From NCBI GenBank assembly GCA_050287085.1, contig JBNKBE010000009.1, positions 32,001-96,000 of the forward strand: DNA of 64,000 nt, given 5' to 3'. The notes under the pieces are model-generated. The model saw only the letters and a program-made list of their open reading frames with translations. It made no database searches and had not been told where the DNA came from. Within the stretch, counting starts at the first letter, position 1, and every line of letters begins with the position of its first letter. Below, piece by piece: positions 10,263 through 17,418 of this stretch. Made by a program: the position numbers and the translations under genes. The stretch is from Polyangiaceae bacterium. Lineage in GTDB: Bacteria > Myxococcota_A > Polyangia > Polyangiales > Polyangiaceae.

Positions 10263-10460
10263 ATGCACAATACCACTATCTTGTTGCTGCTCTGCTCCAG
10301 TGTCGCGCTGGGCGGATGTGAACAGCTGATCAATCTCGATCAATTTGAGAAAGCGCCCAAAGCCAAGGACGATGGCTCCGGGGGTTCCGGGGTGAACGCT
10401 TCCAGGCTCGAGCCAATAGTGCCGTCCGTCGATGGTGGCATCCCACTGGGCCCGCGCTAA
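10263..10460 (+). CDS. Small (65 aa) lipoprotein
   Basis: AAGAAGG RBS-like sequence; hydrophobic stretch and LGGC lipobox; 29 bp after the PEGA gene. Confidence 0.7.
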   Translation: MHNTTILLLLCSSVALGGCEQLINLDQFEKAPKAKDDGSGGSGVNASRLEPIVPSVDGGIPLGPR

Positions 10461-10559
10461 GGGCCCGCGGGCGGGAAGGGAGCACAGCGACGAGCCCGCT
10501 CTGCGCAGCGCGAGCCCGAGGGCTGAGACGTGGCGCTTCACCCACGCCTTCTTTGCGTG

Positions 10560-11675
10560 CTACTGCTTCGCGTCCAGGATGATTCGCATCGTGCGGCGGA
10601 GCGGCTCCGCGGCACCCCAAAGCAGTTGATCGCCCACGGTGAAGGCACTCAAGTACTCGGGTCCGAGGCTTAGCTTTCTCAGTCGGCCGATCGCCACCCG
10701 GAGAGTGCCCGACACGGCCGCCGGAGACAGTCGCTTCAGCGTGCTTTGGTGCTCGTTGGGAACGAGGTCCACCCACGCATTGGAGGCGCTGATCGCCTGC
10801 TCGATGTCGGCGAGGGGAATGTCCTTCTTGAGCTTGATGGTGAGCGACTGAGAGTGCGAGCGCATAGCTCCAACGCGAACGCAGCAACCGTCCACGTGAA
10901 CACGCGGGTCGAGGCCCAAGATCTTGTTGGTCTCGTTCTCTCCCTTGCGTTCCTCATCCGTTTGCCCTGCTTGGAAAGCAGCTCCGCACCATGGAATCAG
11001 ACTCGCTGCGAGCGGCGCGCCCCACGCGGCGATCGGTCCGCCATCAGCCCGCATGGCGTCCTGAACCTTACGGTCTATCGCCAGAATATTCGACGCAGAA
11101 TCGTCCAACTCAGCCGCGGCTGCACCGGAATAGGTCCGCATCTGCTCCACCAGTTCACGCATGTTCTGAGCGCCCGCTCCAGACGCCGCCTGGTACGTCG
11201 CGACGTTGATCCATTCGACCCATTCGCGCTCAAAGAGGGCGTGAATGGCCATCAGCATGAGACTGACTGTACAATTGCCCCCAATATAGTCGCGCACACC
11301 CGCGGCCAGCGCCTCGTCGATGCGGTGGCGATTGACGGGATCGAGCACAATGACGGCATTGTCGGACAGGCGCAGAGTGGATGCCGCATCGATCCAATAG
11401 CCGTCGTATCCTGAAGCGCGAAGCTTGGAATGCATGGCCTTGGTATAGGCGCCGCCCTGACAGCTGATCACCATATCCAGTCCAGCGAACGCAGCCGGAT
11501 CATTGGCGTCCAGCAACGGCTGCGCGCCAGCCCCCACATCCGGACCCAGCTCACCCGCTTGCGACGTCGAAAAGAACCGGGGCTCGATGAGCTTGAAGTC
11601 CCCTTCTGCGCGCATGCGTTCAAGCAGAACCGACCCCACCATGCCACGCCAACCTACGATGCCTACGGTCTTCAT
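10560..11675 (-). CDS. asd: Aspartate-semialdehyde dehydrogenase (E. coli-type clade)
   Basis: MKTVGIVGWRGMVGSVL, YWIDAAS, GGNCTVS catalytic Cys, YQAASGAGA, GDQLLWGAAEPL. Confidence 0.96.
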   Translation of the reverse strand: MKTVGIVGWRGMVGSVLLERMRAEGDFKLIEPRFFSTSQAGELGPDVGAGAQPLLDANDPAAFAGLDMVISCQGGAYTKAMHSKLRASGYDGYWIDAASTLRLSDNAVIVLDPVNRHRIDEALAAGVRDYIGGNCTVSLMLMAIHALFEREWVEWINVATYQAASGAGAQNMRELVEQMRTYSGAAAAELDDSASNILAIDRKVQDAMRADGGPIAAWGAPLAASLIPWCGAAFQAGQTDEERKGENETNKILGLDPRVHVDGCCVRVGAMRSHSQSLTIKLKKDIPLADIEQAISASNAWVDLVPNEHQSTLKRLSPAAVSGTLRVAIGRLRKLSLGPEYLSAFTVGDQLLWGAAEPLRRTMRIILDAKQ

Positions 11676-12158
11676 CTGATCTATCCTTGCAACCTTCACG
11701 CTCAACGACCCACGCCCAGCGCGCCTCAAACTCAGACGACGCAGCAAGGCAGAGGGCTCAATTCTATCGGCGGCGGAGCTAGTTAGTGACTACTCGAGCT
11801 TTTGAAAAGCAAGTCCTGCGTGTCGCGCGCTGCCAAGGTGGCAAAAAGGTGTCCGTGGCCCTGCCGCCCGCCATAAAATCCAGCGTTGCTGTTGTCCCTA
11901 GGCGGTGACGACGCACGCGGGCCCCCTCGAGCCATCTCCCCGGACGAGCAATTCCCAGACCCAAAAGACACGGCCTCGAAGTGAAATAGACTCAGACTGC
12001 AAACTGGTGAAAGTCGACCCCTGCTCCAGAGCCGTTTTCCGGTGCACACGAGGCCGGCGCCGTGTGACTGCAAAACGCACAGCACCCGGTAGGCGCTGGC
12101 TCCGGGTCAGCGGTGAACGGCGTTGACAACCCTCCGGCACGCTCGGAGGCTACCGGTC

Positions 12159-13142
12159 ATGACTTCGTCAGCATCATCGGATCGGGATCGGGGCAGCGAG
12201 CCGCAACAGGAACGTCGCGATAGTGGGTTTCAGCCCGCGGCGCGACCCCCTGCAGCAGACACGGAGTCGGGGCTAAGCCCCCTGCCGGTGGACGACCGAA
12301 TTCGAAGCGCCAACGACATGCTCGATCGGGAGACCGCGGGCTCACTGCGTCACCCGATCGAGGTGCTGTTCGCCCAGAGAAACGCAGCCATCGAACGCCT
12401 CGCTCGGCTGGAGCTGGAATACCATCGTGCGAAGGCCCCCGCCCCACGCGGCACACTTGCGAACCTCGCACAAGCCACGAGTGCAGATGACGGGGCATGC
12501 CACGACCTGAGTTCGCCCAGCGCATCACCACCAGCGCCCGGGGCCGTGGATACAGCACCGGCTCTCGAGCGCGGATACCAGGAAGAGCTCACCGCCCTGC
12601 GCGCGGAACTGCGGTCTACGGAAGAGCGACTGGAGTCAGCACTCGCGGAGGTGGAGGAGACGCGACGGGACGCAGCACGCCTTCAGGAGGAGCGAGACGA
12701 AGCGTTGAGCGCATCTGACATGGTGCAACTCGATCTCAAAACCGAGTTGGATGCGGTGCAGCAGCAAGTGGTGGACGGAAGGCTTCAGTTAGACCACGTG
12801 CGACGCCTATGGGAAGACGACCAAGAGCGCACCCACGAGGAGCTCGAGACTCTCACCGAACGCCTGAGCGCAGCGCAACAGGAACACGCCGCCTATCGCC
12901 ACCGGCGTGAGAGCGAGATCGTTTCGCTCACCGAGCAGTTGCTGGGCGCGCAAAAAGGGGCCGCGATGCAAGCTCAAGAACAGGAGGTAGCAATCCAGCG
13001 CCTGCAGGACGAAAACGCGCTGCTGCGCCAAGCGTTGACCGCTCGCGAAAACGGGGGGCCGAGCTCTTCGGCTCCTGCTACCGTTGAGAGCGGAGCCACG
13101 TCGGAAGTGAACACAACCGGTGGCGGGCCAGCGGAAAGCTAA
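12159..13142 (+). CDS. Hypothetical coiled-coil protein
   Basis: Long ORF rich in E/L/Q/R heptads (ELTALRAELRSTEERLESALAEVEE); start uncertain (12123 or 12159). Confidence 0.7.
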   Translation: MTSSASSDRDRGSEPQQERRDSGFQPAARPPAADTESGLSPLPVDDRIRSANDMLDRETAGSLRHPIEVLFAQRNAAIERLARLELEYHRAKAPAPRGTLANLAQATSADDGACHDLSSPSASPPAPGAVDTAPALERGYQEELTALRAELRSTEERLESALAEVEETRRDAARLQEERDEALSASDMVQLDLKTELDAVQQQVVDGRLQLDHVRRLWEDDQERTHEELETLTERLSAAQQEHAAYRHRRESEIVSLTEQLLGAQKGAAMQAQEQEVAIQRLQDENALLRQALTARENGGPSSSAPATVESGATSEVNTTGGGPAES

Positions 13143-13214
13143 GAACCCCGCCACAGCCAGAGGCTCGGCCGCCGCTGTATGACTTTCCTTCGCGGGCCCC
13201 AAAAAGACCGAGCT

Positions 13215-13787
13215 TCATGCCCCGCTGCGAGCTGGGCCATCCCCGTCGGTGGCTTCCACCGCGGCCAGAAATGCCGTAACCGTCGGTCCCGCAATGACGC
13301 GGCGCTCGCCTAGCGAGCGAGCCGCGCCGCCATGCACGAGTTCCAGCTCAACGGTCCCGGCCTTTCGACAGGGCGCGGGACAAAGCGATACCACCAACTC
13401 GACGCATTCTGCTGCGGGTTCTTTTGCGGGGCAACCCGCCAGAGACCGGGGCAAGCGCCCGGCGTCTTCGCTGGAGACGGCCAGCTCCAACTGCGCCAAC
13501 TGTTCAACAGCGAAGCGACGTCCATGGCGGCAGAGCTGCGAGCGGCAGAAGCGACATCGCTCGCGGCCCTGAGCCAACAACACGCTCGCCAGTACGCCAA
13601 CGAGGAGCAGGGCTATCAGGGCCGGGAACCAGCCACGCCCGACCGTTAGGGGGCCAACACTGAGAGTGCGCGCCGTAAACAATCCGAGCACCGCGAGCGC
13701 CAGTGCAGCGGCGCTGAGCAGTGCGATGACCACCTTACCACCAGCCCCTATGGGTCGCTCGACGGGAAGCATACGGTCATCTACCAC
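13215..13787 (-). CDS. Hypothetical membrane protein with Cys-rich (possible Zn-binding) C-terminal part
   Basis: Two TM helices, then CRFC...LC...CPAPC. Confidence 0.6.
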   Translation of the reverse strand: MVDDRMLPVERPIGAGGKVVIALLSAAALALAVLGLFTARTLSVGPLTVGRGWFPALIALLLVGVLASVLLAQGRERCRFCRSQLCRHGRRFAVEQLAQLELAVSSEDAGRLPRSLAGCPAKEPAAECVELVVSLCPAPCRKAGTVELELVHGGAARSLGERRVIAGPTVTAFLAAVEATDGDGPARSGA

Positions 13788-13853
13788 AGCCCCCTGAGCC
13801 GCACCGCTGCCAATTCAGGCCACGGCTCGCCCTCGTAAGCGGGTGGTCAGCGC

Positions 13854-14933
13854 TCAAATGATGCGGCGCGACGCACCGTATACGGCAACACGATTGCGCC
13901 CCGTATGCTTCGCTTCATACAGTGCTTGATCCGCTCGATCCACCAGGCCCGAGGCCGCGCTGAGCGAGGGAAAGTTGCTGGCCACGCCAAGCGACGCCGA
14001 CACGGCTAAGCGTTGCCCTTGGAAGAACACGGGGGTTTGGGAAATGATAGTGCGGAGCCGCTCCGCGACGAGGGCAGCCTCGGAAGGGAGCGTATCGCGA
14101 GCCAAAACGACGAACTCTTCACCCCCGTAGCGGGCGACGAGGTCCTCAACACGTAGCGTCGCCACCAACTCCCGGGCAACCGCCCGCAGCGCTTCATCCC
14201 CGGCGGGATGGCCATGCTCGTCGTTGAAGCGCTTGAAATGGTCGACATCCAGCATGATCAACGACAGCGGGCGTGCGTGGCGTTCAGCAAAGGCAAACTC
14301 CATCTCCAAACGGTCGTCGAAAACCCGCCGGTTGTACACGCCAGTTAGACCGTCTTTGAGCGCCGAATCGTGCAGCTGCAGAGTGGCCTGCTCCTCCAGC
14401 GCGTCCTGTACCGAGAACCGTGCCACGGTACGCTTTCCCAGGCTTATGCGCACGCCATCGGTGAGGAAGGTCGGCTTTGAAATCTCCTGACCACCGACGA
14501 AGCTACCGTTGGTACTATTGAGATCGTTGATCAGAAATCCGACCGCAGGCCCGTGGCCAACCAACGTGAAGCGGGCGTGAAGTCGGGAAAGCCCTGGATC
14601 GGGGATGGTAATGTCTGCCTCGTCGGCGCGCCCGATTGTAAGAACTTCCTTGTCCAGCTTGAATACGGAACCCTTGGCTGGCCCCGTCATTACAGTAAGC
14701 AGGAACCGGTCCTTTTCGACCGAGGGCAGTTCCGCCGCCTCCACTCGGAGGTCTTCATCGTGCAGTGTGCGTTGCTGCGCGCGGTAGGTGCCGCTTGGCG
14801 AGTTTCCCAATCGCGGATCGAGCCGGGGGTCACGCGCTACACTGGAATGTGCGCGAGACGCTCGCCCTCCAGACTGCGGCGTTCCCTCAACCTGAGATGA
14901 CAACGCCTGCGCTGGCGGAACATGAGTGGACAT
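13854..14933 (-). CDS. FHA-domain diguanylate cyclase
   Basis: FHA motifs IGR, LSRLHA, DLNSTNGSF; GGDEF domain DVDHFKRFND...GHPAGD...RVEDLVARYGGEEF; start uncertain. Confidence 0.93.
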   Translation of the reverse strand: MSTHVPPAQALSSQVEGTPQSGGRASRAHSSVARDPRLDPRLGNSPSGTYRAQQRTLHDEDLRVEAAELPSVEKDRFLLTVMTGPAKGSVFKLDKEVLTIGRADEADITIPDPGLSRLHARFTLVGHGPAVGFLINDLNSTNGSFVGGQEISKPTFLTDGVRISLGKRTVARFSVQDALEEQATLQLHDSALKDGLTGVYNRRVFDDRLEMEFAFAERHARPLSLIMLDVDHFKRFNDEHGHPAGDEALRAVARELVATLRVEDLVARYGGEEFVVLARDTLPSEAALVAERLRTIISQTPVFFQGQRLAVSASLGVASNFPSLSAASGLVDRADQALYEAKHTGRNRVAVYGASRRII

Positions 14934-15337
14934 ACCGTGTGGGGTTTTGAGTGTGGATGCCAATGCAACTCCCTGATGAGTAGGGGTAGCGCATGGGTCT
15001 GGCCATCGCCAGCCTCTCGCTCCGCTCCCCCTCGCCCTGGTGACGAGTCTCGCACAACTCGTTTCATCATGCTGCAACGCAATGGCCGAATACATGGGGA
15101 GGTTGTTGGGTTTTCGACCTCGCGTACAATTGCGGCCCACTACGGAACGGACCCACCAGCTTCGAACTGAACCACTCTCCCAAACCGCGCCCCGGCGGCT
15201 CGGGGCTGCGCGCACGCTCTCCGCGTCAATACGCCCCAGGGCCGCGCAGCGATTGCGGCAGGCACCCGCGTCGTCGGCGTGCGAGGCGGAAGGGGCTCGG
15301 CGGTCGGCCCGGAAAGTGTGACGGGGTCAGGGGAGGC

Positions 15338-15365
15338 TTGGCTTTTTTGAGGCTTCTGCTATGAC
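15338..15365 (+). promoter_or_regulatory. Candidate sigma70-type promoter for the tRNA
   Basis: TTGGCT-16 nt-TATGAC with a TG extension, followed by a GC-rich stretch 10 nt before the tRNA. Confidence 0.35.
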
Positions 15366-15375
15366 GTCGCGCCCC

Positions 15376-15465
15376 GGAGAGATGACCGAGTGGTCGAAGG
15401 TGCATGATTGGAAATCATGTGTACTCGCAAGGGTACCGTGGGTTCGAATCCCACTCTCTCCGCCA
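15376..15465 (+). tRNA. tRNA-Ser(GGA)
   Basis: GGAGAGA acceptor stem pairing with TCTCTCC-G-CCA; anticodon arm CATGA-TTGGAAA-TCATG; long variable arm; GGTTCGAATCC T-arm; CCA encoded. Confidence 0.97.
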
Positions 15466-15466
15466 G

Positions 15467-15496
15467 GCGTGGCAGGGCCTCCGGGCTCTGCCACGC
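15467..15496 (+). terminator. Strong hairpin directly after the tRNA (terminator or processing signal)
   Basis: GCGTGGCAGGGCC-TCCG-GGCTCTGCCACGC, 13-bp stem with C(UCCG)G tetraloop; no U-tract. Confidence 0.5.
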
Positions 15497-15683
15497 GCAT
15501 CCTAAGGAGCGCTCGCGGCGCGGGTCCAATTCCGGCGTAGCGCGCAGACTCTGACGTCACCGGAAATGGCCGATCGAAGGTCCCTTTGCCGCCGGCTCGC
15601 GTGGCAGGGCACGTGACGCCCGAGAGCCTTCACCGACGCCGCGACCATAGCAGTGAAGCTCGGATCGTGATATTTCTTCGCTG

Positions 15684-16106
15684 ATGAGGGCCGTGGCAGT
15701 TTGTTGCACAGCAGCACTCTTGCTGCCCGCTTGCGATCTGAACCCCTGGGGTGAAGATCCAAGCTACTCCCCCGCAAGTGCACCGGCGGGTATCGCCGAT
15801 CCCACGGGGCACGCCCCGTCGGTCTCTGTCGACTCCGCGAAGGGTGGGAGCGGACTGGACGACTCTGCGTCGGGCGCAGGTGGAAGCGATGTGGTTATCA
15901 CAGACGTCGCAGGTGACACGACCTCCGGCGGTCCGTCTGAGCTGGTGCCCGGCGCCCCAGCAGAAGACCTTGACGAAGCGACTCGGCCACCAACCCCAGA
16001 GCCCGCCTTTGCGGCAGATGCCGGCGCACCGCCCCCTCTCGACGCCGGGAACGCCGAAGCTTCTGCAGCAGACTCCGGTCCGGCATCCGGCGTCCGTGAG
16101 CAGTAG
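15684..16106 (+). CDS. Low-complexity acidic lipoprotein
   Basis: MRAVAVCCTAALLLPAC lipobox followed by a D/A/G/S/P-rich disordered chain. Confidence 0.55.
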   Translation: MRAVAVCCTAALLLPACDLNPWGEDPSYSPASAPAGIADPTGHAPSVSVDSAKGGSGLDDSASGAGGSDVVITDVAGDTTSGGPSELVPGAPAEDLDEATRPPTPEPAFAADAGAPPPLDAGNAEASAADSGPASGVREQ

Positions 16107-16181
16107 CTCCACGGCGCGAACTCGGAGAGAGGAGGACGGACGCGGAGACGGGCGACCCGCGTCTCCTCATAGGAAGTCACG

Positions 16182-17402
16182 ATGACCCAGAACTACGACG
16201 TCCTAAACGCCGATGGGACCCCGATCAAAGCCTGGGTGCGCGGGGTAGCCCTGGACGAAGGGGCGGTGTTGCAGCTAACCCATATCGCGAACCTACCCTT
16301 CATCTACAAATGGGTCGCAGCCATGCCTGACGTACACGTCGGCAAGGGAGCGACGATCGGCTCGGTCATCGCGACTCGCAATGCCATCATCCCCGCCGCT
16401 GTGGGTGTGGACATCGGCTGCGGCATGATGGCAGTCCGCACCAGCCTCTGTTCTCGGGACTTGCCCGATCATCTGGAGCGTATTCGAGCGGCCATCGAAC
16501 GCGCTGTGCCGCACGGGCGCACCGGCGGGCGCCATCGAGACGCGGGCGCATGGGACGAAATACCCAGTGCCATTGGCTCGCGCTGGGCAGAGCTAGAGCC
16601 GCGCTTCGCTGAGCTCTGTGCCAGATATCCGCAGCTAAAGAACGCCAATACGGTCAGTCACCTGGGAACGCTCGGTACCGGCAACCACTTCATCGAGCTT
16701 TGCCTGGACGAGGCGGACCGCCTGTGGGTGATGTTGCATAGCGGCTCTCGGGGAGTGGGCAACCGCATCGGGAGTCATTTCATTGCGCTGGCCAAGAAGG
16801 AAATGGAGCGCTGGTTCATCCACCTGCCCGACCGCGACCTAGCTTACCTCAGCGAGGGCTCCAACCACTTCAACGACTATTGCTCCGCTGTAGAGTGGGC
16901 CCAGGACTACGCGCGGCTCAATCGAGAAGAGATGATGGCATCCGTGCTGCGCGCGCTCAGGGACAGTCGCAACTTGCCTCCCTTCACCGTGCAGGAAAGC
17001 GCGGTCAACTGCCATCACAATTACATATCGCGCGAAAGTCATTTCGGCGAGAACGTATGGATAACCCGGAAGGGCGCGGTTCGCGCCCGACGCGGAGAGC
17101 TCGGGATCATTCCTGGCAGCATGGGAGCTCACTCATTTATCGTACGAGGCAAGGGCCATCCCGAAAGCTTCTGCAGCTGCAGTCATGGCGCAGGCAGAGC
17201 CATGACGCGCACGGAAGCGCGCAAACGCTTTACGGTGGAGGACCATATGGCCGCCACGGCGGGTATCGAATGCCGCAAAGACGAGGCCGTAATCGACGAG
17301 ACCCCGATGGCATACAAGCCGATCGACGCCGTTATGGCCGCCCAACGTGACCTAGTGGACGTTGTCCATACACTGAACCAAGTCGTCTGCGTCAAGGGCT
17401 AA
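16182..17402 (+). CDS. rtcB: RtcB RNA ligase (3'-phosphate/5'-OH)
   Basis: PDVHVGKG, VGVDIGCGM, LGTLGTGNHFIE, LHSGSRG, CHHNY, SCSHGAGR, C-terminal VCVKG. Confidence 0.97.
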   Translation: MTQNYDVLNADGTPIKAWVRGVALDEGAVLQLTHIANLPFIYKWVAAMPDVHVGKGATIGSVIATRNAIIPAAVGVDIGCGMMAVRTSLCSRDLPDHLERIRAAIERAVPHGRTGGRHRDAGAWDEIPSAIGSRWAELEPRFAELCARYPQLKNANTVSHLGTLGTGNHFIELCLDEADRLWVMLHSGSRGVGNRIGSHFIALAKKEMERWFIHLPDRDLAYLSEGSNHFNDYCSAVEWAQDYARLNREEMMASVLRALRDSRNLPPFTVQESAVNCHHNYISRESHFGENVWITRKGAVRARRGELGIIPGSMGAHSFIVRGKGHPESFCSCSHGAGRAMTRTEARKRFTVEDHMAATAGIECRKDEAVIDETPMAYKPIDAVMAAQRDLVDVVHTLNQVVCVKG

Positions 17403-17418
17403 CGGACACCGTCGAGAG

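Noticed and set aside
11676..12158. Lysine or other riboswitch upstream of asd
   Set aside because: Only short palindromes (GCTTTTGAAAAGC, TGCCAAGGTGGCA); no recognisable aptamer consensus
15694..15708. TGGCAGTTTGTTGCA as a sigma54 promoter for rtcB
   Set aside because: GG-to-GC spacing is 9 nt, not the required 10, and it lies inside a lipoprotein signal sequence
15376..17402. tRNA-Ser as the integration site of an island
   Set aside because: No integrase and no duplicated tRNA 3' end seen in the window
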